DNA of 64,000 nt from Desulfurococcales archaeon (GTDB lineage: Archaea; Thermoproteota; Thermoprotei_A; Sulfolobales; Desulfurococcaceae). The translations under genes and the position numbers were made by a program. The DNA lies in NCBI GenBank assembly GCA_027022365.1, contig JALVYU010000031.1:1-64000 (forward strand). The letters are read 5' to 3'. This document shows, in pieces, positions 9,939 to 20,052 of this stretch (the first letter of the stretch is position 1; each line of letters begins with the position of its first letter). The notes under the pieces are model-generated. The model ran no database searches. It was not told the DNA's origin and saw nothing but the letters and a program-made list of their open reading frames with translations.

Positions 9939-10688
9939 CTAGCCACCTTTCTCCGATCTATAATATTCGCAATAATCTCTGATAGGGCATTCGCCACACT
10001 TTGACGTCCTGGCCTTACATGTCCTCCGCCCATGTGTTATGAGGAGAAGATGAGCGTAGAGATACTTATCTCGGGGGAGATTCTTCATCCACCAGTCCGA
10101 GATAGTCCTATAGTTCTTGGACTTAACTACTCCTAGTCTCAACGATATTCTCCGTATATGAGTATCTACAGCAAATACTGGTTTTCCGAAATATTGATTG
10201 AGGATCACATCGGCAGACTTGATCCCGATTCCTGGCAGGCTCATCAATAAGTCTCTGGCCTTCTCAGGATCGGATGCTTTTATTTTATCGATCAACTCCT
10301 TAGCGAAATTTTCCTTGCAGAATAGATTGGCGAGGGCAAGTATTTTCTTGGCTCGTTGCCTGTACATTCCCGCGGGTTTTATCAGTTCTTCGATCTGCTC
10401 CGGAGAAGCCTCCTTGATCATACATGGATTCAAAGGATCCCCAAATGCTTTCCTAAGATTATGTAAGGCTCTTATTGCGTTCTTATCGCTCGTGTTCTGG
10501 CTTAGGAGGACTCCTATGATCATGTCAAATAATGGTCTTCCTTTAACCTTGTTTACAATGAATTCCTCCGGGTTAATCCTGTATTTTCTTGATAAAAGAT
10601 CTATTATCTTCTTCGCTCTGTTCAAAGAATGTTCACCAGTGTTATGGATATATCCTGCCCCTGAACCTCGGGAACGGGATCGCGTCAC
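9939..10688 (-). CDS. nth: Endonuclease III (HhH-GPD glycosylase, 4Fe-4S)
   Basis: LLSQNTSD, LPGIGIKSA, VDTHIRR, C-x6-C-x2-C-x5-C. True start probably slightly downstream of 10688. Confidence 0.93.
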   Translation of the reverse strand: MTRSRSRGSGAGYIHNTGEHSLNRAKKIIDLLSRKYRINPEEFIVNKVKGRPLFDMIIGVLLSQNTSDKNAIRALHNLRKAFGDPLNPCMIKEASPEQIEELIKPAGMYRQRAKKILALANLFCKENFAKELIDKIKASDPEKARDLLMSLPGIGIKSADVILNQYFGKPVFAVDTHIRRISLRLGVVKSKNYRTISDWWMKNLPRDKYLYAHLLLITHGRRTCKARTSKCGECPIRDYCEYYRSEKGG

Positions 10689-11955
10689 GGATATGGTCGA
10701 GACCCGCTATCCACATGACCAGTCTCTCGATGCCTAGGCCGAACCCGCTGTGGGGTACACTCCCGTACTTCCTCAGATCAAGGTACCACGTATAGTCCTC
10801 GGGGTTGAGTCCCTGCTCCTTGATCTTCTCTAGAAGCCTGTTGTAATCGTCTTCACGTTCACTACCACCGATTATCTCGCCGTATCCCTCGGGAGCTAAT
10901 AGGTCGAATCCAAGCACCGTTCTCGGATCACCTGGAGTTAGCTTCATATAGAAGCTCTTGATATCCTTAGGGAAATGCGTTACGAAGAATGGTCTGTCAA
11001 ATTCTTGTGTTAATATTCTTTCCTCGTCAGCGCCCAGGTCATCACCCCACTCGATATTCACGCCTTTACGCTGGAGAATCTCGATAGCTTCGTCGTATTT
11101 TATCCTAGGATAAGGAACCTCTACTGCTCTCTTCAGCGCATTTATGTCGCGTCCAAGAAACTCTAGCTGGGATCTACAGTTCTCCAGCACTTTCTCTACG
11201 ATATAGGATACTAGTTCCTCCGCAACGCGCATCATGCCCTCCATGTTATACCATGCAGCCTCTGCCTCGAGGTGCCAATATTCGGCCAGGTGGCGCCTAG
11301 TACGGGATTTCTCGGCACGGAAGCTCGGCGTTAGGCTCCACACTTTCTCCAGGGAGAATATAAGTGCTTCGAGGTAGAGCTGGGCGCTCTGGCTTAGATA
11401 CGCTTTTTTCTCGAAGTACTTGACAGGAAATAGCGTTGCTCCGCCCTCGACAGCTGAAGCTGTCAGTATTGGCGGTGTAACTTCCCACCAGTCGTTCTCT
11501 ATGAAATAGCCGCGGCCAGCTTTGAGTACGTGGTGCTTTATCTTCATGATCTCTGTTAGTCTCCTGCTCCTGATCCACAGGTGCCTATTGTCGAGCAAGT
11601 ACTCGATTCCTTCACCACCCTTTATCGGGAAATCCCTACTATACCCCACGATATCGATCTCTTCCACGTGGACTTCGTAGCCCGTAGGTGCCCTCGGTTG
11701 TTTAACTACTTTGCCCTTAAGCACTATGCTTGCTTCCAGCCCTATGTCCTTGAACTCCCTTACTTTCTCTTCGCCTACGTCACGTTTATCGGCAACTACT
11801 TGTATGATCCCCGAGCTGTCCCTGAGAACTATGAATGCTTTTCCGCCTATAACTCTCCTCCTATATATCCATCCACGTAGACATACGGTCTTGCCGACAT
11901 ATTTGTCCGAGCTGATCTCCGAGGCTTTGCTCCATTCTGTACAGGTGATCGGCAC
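10642..11955 (-). CDS. asnS: Asparagine--tRNA ligase
   Basis: OB fold, LSQSAQLYLE, FRAEKSRTRRHLAEY, GEIIGGSERE, YGSVPHSGFGLG. GTG start at 11955 after GAGGTG. Confidence 0.9.
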   Translation of the reverse strand: MPITCTEWSKASEISSDKYVGKTVCLRGWIYRRRVIGGKAFIVLRDSSGIIQVVADKRDVGEEKVREFKDIGLEASIVLKGKVVKQPRAPTGYEVHVEEIDIVGYSRDFPIKGGEGIEYLLDNRHLWIRSRRLTEIMKIKHHVLKAGRGYFIENDWWEVTPPILTASAVEGGATLFPVKYFEKKAYLSQSAQLYLEALIFSLEKVWSLTPSFRAEKSRTRRHLAEYWHLEAEAAWYNMEGMMRVAEELVSYIVEKVLENCRSQLEFLGRDINALKRAVEVPYPRIKYDEAIEILQRKGVNIEWGDDLGADEERILTQEFDRPFFVTHFPKDIKSFYMKLTPGDPRTVLGFDLLAPEGYGEIIGGSEREDDYNRLLEKIKEQGLNPEDYTWYLDLRKYGSVPHSGFGLGIERLVMWIAGLDHIRDAIPFPRFRGRIYP

Positions 11956-12075
11956 TATGACGTACACCTCAAGATTATTGTAACTGGTTTTATTGTAGAA
12001 TAGAATTATGTGCTTATACCGCATATAGGTTTTTCAGACCACTAACAAAGAACTAATAATGCATAGCTGTAATGG

Positions 12076-12642
12076 TTATGGTAATGGTCTAGCCATAACG
12101 TACGCATCTTCGCCGTCGAGATAATACCTATGAGCGATCTTAACCACTATGTATCCTAGCTTCTCATAGAGATTAATGGCAGGCTTATTAGTTACTCTGA
12201 CTTCAAGATATGTTTCTTCACAACCATAAGACTCGTAGAGGCCCTTCAGTGCGTAAGCCATGAGAGCGTATCCTAGACCCCTCCTCCTATGGCCATCCAT
12301 AACGGCTATGCTAACAATGTGGCCGCTCTTCACCATGAAGTGTTTAAAGAAACCCGGTTTTCTCTCAACTCGGCACATGATGTAGCCGACAACAACACCA
12401 TCAGGAGATTCTGCAACATAGAATGCATCCCTGTACCTTTCCCATAAGTCGTGGAAGAAGTAGGGAGGATAGTTTTCTGGGAGAGAAAGCCTATTTATCT
12501 CCATTACTCTCCCAAGATCTTTTCCCTCAGCCCTCCTTATCTTGTATCCTGGAGCCTTTTCCTTAAGCATGATGTTAGCCAGTCTATATATATCGTCGAC
12601 GCTGGGAAGATCGTTAGGAGGCTTAGGTTTCTTAAACACCAA
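12076..12642 (-). CDS. ard1: N-terminal acetyltransferase (Ard1/RimI)
   Basis: LPENY, GHIVSIAV, RRRGLG, YLEVRVTN..AI.LY, YYLDGEDA. Confidence 0.92.
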   Translation of the reverse strand: MVFKKPKPPNDLPSVDDIYRLANIMLKEKAPGYKIRRAEGKDLGRVMEINRLSLPENYPPYFFHDLWERYRDAFYVAESPDGVVVGYIMCRVERKPGFFKHFMVKSGHIVSIAVMDGHRRRGLGYALMAYALKGLYESYGCEETYLEVRVTNKPAINLYEKLGYIVVKIAHRYYLDGEDAYVMARPLP

Positions 12643-12769
12643 TCAGTATCACCACAATCTAAGCCCTTAAGCGATTATCTGATTTTAAACATATGTGCCG
12701 GAAAGAATTAAAACACCTGCTCTTCGAGGCAATACTAAAAACTCGTCGTAGAGGATACTATTGTGTTAG

Positions 12770-14020
12770 GTGAAAAAGGTGGAAAAAATTTCTCGTAAAT
12801 ACATTTTCTCCGGGCTGAGAGACAAGAAGATAATTATAGGGCTAACTGCGAGCTCCGCAATATATAGGTCGATCGATCTTGCCCGTGAGCTCATAAGACA
12901 TGGGGCAGAAGTAGTTTTCACTGCGACTGAGGATACAAGAAAATTTATCGGTGAGACTCTCCTAGAGTGGGCCGTAGGCTCCAAACCGATCTATGAAGCA
13001 ACCGGGAGAGCAGAGCACATTGAGCTGGCAGAATGGGCTGACGCGATGCTGGTTGCCCCGGCTACACTGGCAACTATGTCGAGAATAGCATATGGGATCA
13101 CAGAAGACATAGTTAGCCTAACCGCTACGACTATGCTCGGCTCCGGCAAGAAACTCATAGTAGTGCCGACAATGAATGCTAAGCTATACAATTCACCACA
13201 GTATCGGAGAATCGTAGAAACGCTTAAATCACTGGGTGTCTTCGTAGCACCACCCTATATCTCTGAAGGAAAAGTCAAGTTTCCACCCCTTAGGGATCTT
13301 ATACATCTCGTAGATGCTCTGATCAATAGAGGCAGAGATCTAGAGGGAATTAATGCCTTAATTACAGGAGGTGCAACAAGGGAATACATAGATCCAGTCA
13401 GGATAATAAGTAATCCAAGCAGTGGTTTAATGGGGGTTCTACTAGCCCTTGAAATGGGGGCACGTGGAGCATTTGTCGACCTAGTACTAGGAGTCTCGTC
13501 CCATCCCCCGCCCTACTATGTAGCTGTTCATAGATGCGAAACAACTATCGAGATGATAAACGTTGTCAGGAAGCTGAGCCAGAGTAAAAGATATGATGTG
13601 GCAGTCTTTGCAGCAGCGCCCTGTGATTTCAAGCCCTTGATCAAGACTAGGGATAAAATAGACACTCATGGCGTTAGCGTGTTGAATCTGAGGATAAAGG
13701 TCAACCCCAAAGTAGTCAATGCGATCCCGCGTACAAAGAGACCTCGGCTCAAGATAATATTCGCGGCTGAGACGGTTTCCGACGAGGCAACATTGATCGA
13801 GAAAGCTGTGAGGAAGCTCGAAATCTATGACGCGGATATGGTGGTGGCAAACATTGTTGGAAAAGGATTACCGGGATTCTCATCAGAGCTCATAACAGCG
13901 TGTATAGTAACGAGAAATGAACATGTATGTCTGGGAACTATAGGTAAGAACATACTGGCGCGGAGGATAGCAGATGAAATATCCCGGCTCATTAAAGGAG
14001 GAACCCCGGGTACTGGTTAA
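12770..14020 (+). CDS. coaBC: Phosphopantothenoylcysteine decarboxylase/synthetase
   Basis: HIELA, APAT, PTMN, ITGGATREYIDPVRIISNPSSG, AAAPCDF, FAAET, VVAN. Confidence 0.95.
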   Translation: MKKVEKISRKYIFSGLRDKKIIIGLTASSAIYRSIDLARELIRHGAEVVFTATEDTRKFIGETLLEWAVGSKPIYEATGRAEHIELAEWADAMLVAPATLATMSRIAYGITEDIVSLTATTMLGSGKKLIVVPTMNAKLYNSPQYRRIVETLKSLGVFVAPPYISEGKVKFPPLRDLIHLVDALINRGRDLEGINALITGGATREYIDPVRIISNPSSGLMGVLLALEMGARGAFVDLVLGVSSHPPPYYVAVHRCETTIEMINVVRKLSQSKRYDVAVFAAAPCDFKPLIKTRDKIDTHGVSVLNLRIKVNPKVVNAIPRTKRPRLKIIFAAETVSDEATLIEKAVRKLEIYDADMVVANIVGKGLPGFSSELITACIVTRNEHVCLGTIGKNILARRIADEISRLIKGGTPGTG

Positions 14021-14918
14021 GGTACCACTACATGTTTCCGGAATATGGTTTCCGGTGATGAAATGCAACCTCATAAGCTCTGGTAGCCTTGGTGCTGGGG
14101 TTAACCTCGATATATGGCTTTCTGCAAAATTAAACTCATCCCAAAAATCTCCTTTGCTCATTAATGGCCAGGAATATTTCATGGAACACTACAGCTATAT
14201 ACTAAGGAGAACAGGCGTTAAGCCCATAAAGATATTGATCGAGTCGCCTATCAGGCCGGGAGCAGGATTCGCTGTATCAGCTGCATCATCAATAGCTGTC
14301 TCTCTCGTACTACAATTGGTTTCAAGCACTAGGAAAACAGTGGAGAAAATGCTTTGGCCTGCCCATGAAGCGGAGATAATGATGTCTACGGGTCTCGGAG
14401 ATGTTCTCGCAGAATATTTTGGTGGCGCGGAGATCAGGGTGAGGCCCGGTGCACCGGGTATAGGTATGGTTGAACACATACCTTTCGATGATAGTTTACG
14501 AGTAGTTGTGGCGGATATCGGGGCGAGTCTTGGTACGCCTAGAATGCTCGCCGAAATAGGTGATGCCGAGTATGGTTTTGCAAGAGAGCTATATAGCCGC
14601 TTAGTTAGAGAACCAGGTATTGAGGTTCTATTCACGTACTCCAATATGTTCACAAGAAAAATATTCGACTATAGCTCAGTGGATAAGCTTTTGCTTCCGA
14701 TCAAGAACCTCGTGCTCGGATATTATCTCAAAAAATCAGCACTTGTAATACTAGTTGATAAACAAGAGGCCAGAGAAGTTAATGAATATCTCTCCTCAAA
14801 AGGCTTGAAATCCATAATAACAAGAATAAGCATGGAGGGAATAAAGATTGTATATACCCGAGAATCACCCGAGAAGAGAGAGCCTATTAATAAGAGAGAA
14901 AATAGTCGAGGGCTTTAA
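13974..14918 (+). CDS. pok: Pantoate kinase (archaeal, GHMP family)
   Basis: [28 protein letters not shown]...TGLGDV, PGAPG. Lies between coaBC and pps. Confidence 0.88.
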   Translation: MKYPGSLKEEPRVLVKVPLHVSGIWFPVMKCNLISSGSLGAGVNLDIWLSAKLNSSQKSPLLINGQEYFMEHYSYILRRTGVKPIKILIESPIRPGAGFAVSAASSIAVSLVLQLVSSTRKTVEKMLWPAHEAEIMMSTGLGDVLAEYFGGAEIRVRPGAPGIGMVEHIPFDDSLRVVVADIGASLGTPRMLAEIGDAEYGFARELYSRLVREPGIEVLFTYSNMFTRKIFDYSSVDKLLLPIKNLVLGYYLKKSALVILVDKQEAREVNEYLSSKGLKSIITRISMEGIKIVYTRESPEKREPINKRENSRGL

Positions 14919-15621
14919 GCGAGGCCTCGTGGTGCCAGAGGGCCTCATAGCTCATGGACGGGGCGAGTGCTTCGACTACCTAATAGGAGAGAAAACACAG
15001 TACTTCGCAGAAGAGGCCATAAGGGCTGCGGCTGCATACCTTCTGCTAGCAAAGCACCCGGTCATATCAGTTAATGGTAATACAGCCGCACTCGTTCCAG
15101 ATCATGTAGTTAGACTTGCTGATGAAATAGGTGGATATATTGAGGTAAACCTGTTCTACAGGACGAGAGATAGAGAAGAAGCTATAGCCTCCTGGCTGAA
15201 ACAGCATGGCGCCAAAGAAGTACTCGGCGTAGGAGATGATGCATCAGCAACTATTCCAGAACTGTTCAGTGAGAGAAGAAGAGTAAGTCCAAGGGGAATA
15301 CTTAAGGCGGACGTCGTACTCGTGCCCTTAGAAGACGGTGATAGAACAGAGGCTCTTAGAAAGATCGGGAAGACCGTGATCACCATAGACTTGAACCCGT
15401 TATCCAGGACTGCACGAGCAGCCAATGTGACCATTGTGGACAATATTGTAAGAGCAATGCCTAGACTAGTAGATACCGTCAGGAAACTGAAGAGTAAACC
15501 TAAGGCAGAGCTTAGGGGAATAATAACTAATTATGATAACAACAAGATACTGAGCGAGGCTTTGAAATTCATAAGGAGACGACTAAACGAGCTAGCCAGA
15601 ACTAAGCTAACACTATTCTAA
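14848..15621 (+). CDS. pps: Phosphopantothenate synthetase (archaeal)
   Basis: [53 protein letters not shown]. Confidence 0.95.
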   Translation: MYIPENHPRRESLLIREKIVEGFKRGLVVPEGLIAHGRGECFDYLIGEKTQYFAEEAIRAAAAYLLLAKHPVISVNGNTAALVPDHVVRLADEIGGYIEVNLFYRTRDREEAIASWLKQHGAKEVLGVGDDASATIPELFSERRRVSPRGILKADVVLVPLEDGDRTEALRKIGKTVITIDLNPLSRTARAANVTIVDNIVRAMPRLVDTVRKLKSKPKAELRGIITNYDNNKILSEALKFIRRRLNELARTKLTLF

Positions 15622-15687
15622 TTTTGCTTACTAAGCGTTCCTTAGGTCATCATAGGATCTATATTTTCACTAAACCATCCTAAGACA

Positions 15688-16533
15688 TCAAGAAGACGGA
15701 AACAGTCTTTTGACAAGCTCCTTATAATCTTTATCTTTCATATGAAAATAATGTTCCTCAGCTGGAAATACGGAGTTCCTTACATCATCAACATATCTTT
15801 TTACAGCATTAACAACTATACTTCTTAGATCAGCGTATTTTTTAGCAAATGGTGGGATCTCCCTGTTTATGCCCAATAGATCGTGTAGTACGAGAACCTG
15901 GCCATCACAGTAGGGCCCGCTGCCAATACAAATTGTCGGGACGCTAACCTCCTCGGTAATAATTTTTGCTACCTCGGCGGCTGTGTACTCAATGACTATC
16001 GCAAATACTCCAGCCTCTTCCAGTGCTTTTGCGTCCTCGATGATCTTTTCCGCCTCTACGATCTTTTTTCCTCTCCTCCTATAGCCGCCCAATACTAGGT
16101 ATCTCTGGGGAGTTAGACCGATATGGCCCATAACAGGTATACCGGCTTTCATCATCGCCTTTATTTTATCGGCTTGCTCGGCTCCCCCCTCTAGCTTAAC
16201 AGCATCAGCTCCCGCCTTGAGCATTAACCCGGCATTCCTAATAGCTTCCTCCGTACTGACTTCATAGCTAAGGAACGGCATATCGCCGATGACAAGAGCT
16301 CTGGGCTTAGCTCTCGCAACGCTGGATACGTGGAGAAGCATTGTATCCATATCTATGGGTAGAGTGGAGGATAATCCATGTACAACCATGGCGGCGCTAT
16401 CTCCAACGAGAATGGCATCAACGCCTGCCTCATCAACAAGTCTGGCGAATGCATAGTCATAGGCTGTAATCATAACTATTTTCTCTTTACCTTTCTTCTT
16501 GATGAGATCCCTCACAGTGATCTTGTCACGCAT
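15688..16533 (-). CDS. panB: 3-methyl-2-oxobutanoate hydroxymethyltransferase
   Basis: MITAYD, LVGDS, DMPF.SY, VKLEGG, GHIGLTPQ, IGSG..CDGQVLV.HD. Confidence 0.96.
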   Translation of the reverse strand: MRDKITVRDLIKKKGKEKIVMITAYDYAFARLVDEAGVDAILVGDSAAMVVHGLSSTLPIDMDTMLLHVSSVARAKPRALVIGDMPFLSYEVSTEEAIRNAGLMLKAGADAVKLEGGAEQADKIKAMMKAGIPVMGHIGLTPQRYLVLGGYRRRGKKIVEAEKIIEDAKALEEAGVFAIVIEYTAAEVAKIITEEVSVPTICIGSGPYCDGQVLVLHDLLGINREIPPFAKKYADLRSIVVNAVKRYVDDVRNSVFPAEEHYFHMKDKDYKELVKRLFPSS

Positions 16534-16575
16534 GCTATTGCACCGTTTTCCTTGCTGATTATACTCCTGTATAAA

Positions 16576-17481
16576 TCAGGATAAAATCCCTGCCTCGATC
16601 AAGTGGACTATCAACGTTATGATCTTATTGACGCCATCGCCGATGATCCTTGCAACGTACCCATTGATATAATCGATCTCGGTAGGCCTCCTTGAGAGCA
16701 AGTCTTGCGCCATACTGCTATAGTTGTTCATAGTAGAATACGCAATCCTCTTGACGAGTCTTAATAGCCTCTCCTTATCCAGGGAAATGCCTTGCTTGCT
16801 CGCTGCTTCCACTACTTCATCAAGAATCAGTGAGGCGAGCTCAAGTCCTTCCCGGGTCAAAACGATTTTATTAGGGGCACGCGCGATAGCTGTTATGGGA
16901 TTAATAACGCTATTAACACCTAGTTTAAGCCATCGGTAAAACATGATCTTATCCGTAACCCTGACATCACAACCTCCTCGCCTTAGAATACTTGCTATCT
17001 CGAAGACATCGCGATAAATCCCTTTCTCTCTGCCAATAAATACGGGGCCGGGTCCACGTAGTTCCACGGTGTACCTGTTAAGCCTGTATGCACCGAAGTA
17101 TACAGCGCCGAAAATAGTGTTTGTCTTCGAGACTTTCTCCCAGACGAGTTCTTGGCCGCCGAACCCGTTTTGAAGCATAACTATAGATGTACTGTTGCTA
17201 ATGATCTTTCTTAGTAGTCCGAGAGTGCTCTCTACCTGGTGCGATTTAACACAGTTAAACACTACATCATAGATTCCGTTCGGCGAACTAGACAGATAGG
17301 GAGATACAGGAACAAGGTATTTTTCACCATCTATCACTACGTTGATGCCTTTGTTCTTCTTAACAGCGTCAACGCTTTCTCTGCTACCATAGTAGACGTC
17401 TATTTCGCTTACACCGCCCCTAAACGAGTAGTACGCTATTATGCCTCCTACCGCACCGCCCCCAATTATGGCTACCCGCAT
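16576..17481 (-). CDS. panE: 2-dehydropantoate 2-reductase
   Basis: GGGAVG, VKS, LQNG, W.KL..N..INP, SSMAQD, TEIDYING. Confidence 0.92.
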   Translation of the reverse strand: MRVAIIGGGAVGGIIAYYSFRGGVSEIDVYYGSRESVDAVKKNKGINVVIDGEKYLVPVSPYLSSSPNGIYDVVFNCVKSHQVESTLGLLRKIISNSTSIVMLQNGFGGQELVWEKVSKTNTIFGAVYFGAYRLNRYTVELRGPGPVFIGREKGIYRDVFEIASILRRGGCDVRVTDKIMFYRWLKLGVNSVINPITAIARAPNKIVLTREGLELASLILDEVVEAASKQGISLDKERLLRLVKRIAYSTMNNYSSMAQDLLSRRPTEIDYINGYVARIIGDGVNKIITLIVHLIEAGILS

Positions 17482-17489
17482 AAAATCCC

Positions 17490-18383
17490 CTAGTACTTTC
17501 GAGCTATGTATCTTATCAGCGATAACATGTCATCAAGAGATTCCGTGAACAGGTATATCACTGGCTCTAGCCCCATCCCACCCCTGTCGGCTATCGCATC
17601 AGGTTTCTTGACCGCAACTTGTTCTATGCTTCTCCAGAAATCGGCTTGAGAACCATGCGGACCAGTATAAGCTATGTTGAGCTTCTTATCGGACAAAAGA
17701 CCAAGTATTTTATCATCGTATCTTATATTCGAAGCTGTTCTTATCTCAGGCCTCGTCTTCGAGATCATGATGAGTACTCTAGCCAAATGTCTCGATGCAC
17801 CATACATAGGATCTCCTATCGCGACGGCCCTGTCCCCCTTCCTCACGATCCTGCCTGGTAACCCTATAATATCTGTAATGTCTTCTGGTGCCGTAGGTGC
17901 GTACACGACATTCATGCCTACTTCAGGAATTAGTTTTTCGAGACCTTTAATGACAAGTAGTTTCTCAAGAAACATCCTATATTCCTCGATGAAAGGATCA
18001 TTAAACTTCAGTGTATTACCGGTCTGCCTACATAATTCCCTGAAGTAGGGCTTAGTCTCGCAGAGCAACTGGATAGACAACGAGTCTATGAGGCTTGTTA
18101 GCACGAGGACAAATCTCGGCTTATCACCTTTCGAGAGGAGTTTGAGCGCTATATCTACGACCCTATTAATGTAGTCCACATCAAAACCCAGAGCCTCGAG
18201 ATACTCATAATAGTAGATGCGGCTCCTAGTCACATATTTATGTACTTGCGGTTGTGATATTTCGAGAAGACGGGCTATCCTGTGCTGACTATACCCCATA
18301 TTAATCATTTTATGTATAATTAAACCCTTCAACGAAGGTATGATCTTCTTAGCCGCTATTTCTTGGGGGAACAATGTGATCAC
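17490..18383 (-). CDS. HTH plus ThiN-like domain protein (ThiR-like regulator)
   Basis: N-terminal HTH (YSQHRIARLLEISQPQVHKY), C-terminal ThiN fold (LIPEVGMN, PGRIV, GASRHLAR, NIRY, D.GG.G.EP). Confidence 0.8.
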   Translation of the reverse strand: MITLFPQEIAAKKIIPSLKGLIIHKMINMGYSQHRIARLLEISQPQVHKYVTRSRIYYYEYLEALGFDVDYINRVVDIALKLLSKGDKPRFVLVLTSLIDSLSIQLLCETKPYFRELCRQTGNTLKFNDPFIEEYRMFLEKLLVIKGLEKLIPEVGMNVVYAPTAPEDITDIIGLPGRIVRKGDRAVAIGDPMYGASRHLARVLIMISKTRPEIRTASNIRYDDKILGLLSDKKLNIAYTGPHGSQADFWRSIEQVAVKKPDAIADRGGMGLEPVIYLFTESLDDMLSLIRYIARKY

Positions 18384-18485
18384 ATCATCAAAAACCAGTA
18401 TACAAACCTAGTATTAACAGTTTGATATTGATAGATGGTACCTTATAATAGGTTTTCAGCTTGAGGAAAAGGTAGACAGAAATTT

Positions 18486-19145
18486 TTAGAGCGGTTCTCC
18501 CAGCCTGCTTTCCTCTATTGTAGTTTTCAAATCGGGTCTACTGAGCCTTTTCTCCCCCTCAAGCCTCGCGGCTACACGTTCGGCAAGCAATATGATCTCG
18601 TTCAGGACGGCTATTTCTTTCTCGAATACATCTTCATATTCCATCATATTCTCAAGTATTTCAGCGATTAGATCTAGCTCTTTGAACACTATCTCCTTGA
18701 AAACTTTCTTATCAATACTCGATATAACTGGTTTCGTCGATATCCTTTTTAGAAAACTAAGTATCCTAGTTGGTTCTAGGCTTCTGTACTTTATTAGCAG
18801 TATACGTAGTCTAGGATCATCAAATGACGTTCCACCCATATACTCATTAACGGCGTTCCTAATACCATCTAAGTCTATAAATCGCCACCACTTCTGGTTC
18901 GAGCTTGAATATGTTTTCTCTATTAGAGAGTATTCTCGTTCCATTATACGCAAAAGGTTCGAGGGATTATAGTTTATCCCCATAGCACGTAAACGTATAA
19001 CTAGATGCTTGTAGCTGAAATCTCCAAGCCTATGATCAATATTTGGATCGAGAGCTATGTCAAGAGCAGTCCGCAAGATCAGCAGGCCTTTATCACCATA
19101 TTGTCTAAGGAAATCAAAAACCTGTGCCCTAGTGATCTCGCTCAA
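18486..19145 (-). CDS. Hypothetical protein (possible winged helix plus helical C-terminus)
   Basis: 219-aa ORF with TTG start and GGAGG SD. LGDFSYK...NP.NLLR..E....IE..Y.S..QKWW segment. Confidence 0.65.
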   Translation of the reverse strand: MSEITRAQVFDFLRQYGDKGLLILRTALDIALDPNIDHRLGDFSYKHLVIRLRAMGINYNPSNLLRIMEREYSLIEKTYSSSNQKWWRFIDLDGIRNAVNEYMGGTSFDDPRLRILLIKYRSLEPTRILSFLKRISTKPVISSIDKKVFKEIVFKELDLIAEILENMMEYEDVFEKEIAVLNEIILLAERVAARLEGEKRLSRPDLKTTIEESRLGEPL

Positions 19146-19246
19146 ATCAGTGCTCCTCCTATATTTTGCATTACCTGTTTTTACCCTCTATATCTATAGT
19201 TTTGCAATGAACTAATAAACTGAAGCATTAATAACACAATACCCCT

Positions 19247-19270
19247 AGGTCAAAGTGATGTGTTTGACCT
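19247..19270. promoter_or_regulatory. Perfect inverted repeat (putative operator) between divergent genes
   Basis: AGGTCAAA-N8-TTTGACCT, about 33 nt upstream of the ABC ATPase start. Confidence 0.4.
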
Positions 19271-19302
19271 TAACATATATTTATTGAGGTGTATGAAAAG
19301 TT

Positions 19303-20052
19303 TTGAGTAATGCCATAGTGGTTGTTGAGGATCTACATAAGATCTATGATAACAAAGTACATGCTGTTAGAGGCATTTCTTTCATAGTCCGCAAAGGAGA
19401 GATTTTCGGTCTAATAGGACCTAACGGAGCAGGTAAATCATCTACTCTTAGAATGATAGTCGGACTGATAAGGCCCACGCGGGGAAGAATAAAGGTGATG
19501 GGGATAGATGTTGTTAGGCATCCTGTGGAGATCAAGAAGTATATTGGCTATCTACCTGAAGAAGCTGATGTCTATGATAGGCTTACAGGATTGGAGCACT
19601 TAAGATTCTATGCTATGCTCCGCGGGCTAGTAGGCAGTGAGCTCGAGAAAACAATAGAGTACGGGATAAAATTGTCAGGACTAGAACAAAGCGCGTTGAA
19701 GAGACGAGCTTCAGAGTACAGTAAAGGAATGAAGAGGAGACTACTCCTAGCATCAGTGTTGATGACTAGGCCTAGGCTCGCAATTTTGGATGAACCAACA
19801 AGTGGGCTCGACGTATATGCCTCCGTAAACGTCAGGAAGATGATCAAGGAATACGTTGGTGAAACAGGTGCAAGCATAATTCTCAGTAGTCACAACATGT
19901 TAGAGGTAGAGTATCTATGTGACCGCGTAGCATTCATTGCTCACGGGAGGATAGTGGTTGAGGCCGATCCTGACCGTATAAAGCAGATGTACAATGCTGT
20001 AAACCTCGAGGAAGCATTTGTAAAAGCCGTTAAGGAGGCCGATCGCATGTGA
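19303..20052 (+). CDS. ABC exporter ATP-binding subunit (NatA-like)
   Basis: GPNGAGKS, YSKGM signature, ILDEPTSGLD, SSH. Confidence 0.92.
   Translation: MSNAIVVVEDLHKIYDNKVHAVRGISFIVRKGEIFGLIGPNGAGKSSTLRMIVGLIRPTRGRIKVMGIDVVRHPVEIKKYIGYLPEEADVYDRLTGLEHLRFYAMLRGLVGSELEKTIEYGIKLSGLEQSALKRRASEYSKGMKRRLLLASVLMTRPRLAILDEPTSGLDVYASVNVRKMIKEYVGETGASIILSSHNMLEVEYLCDRVAFIAHGRIVVEADPDRIKQMYNAVNLEEAFVKAVKEADRM

Noticed and set aside
13974-14918. 47- and 71-nt overlaps in coaBC-pok-pps as possible programmed frameshifts
   Set aside because: Each protein is complete with its own start codon and no slippery site was seen. Ordinary operon overlaps.
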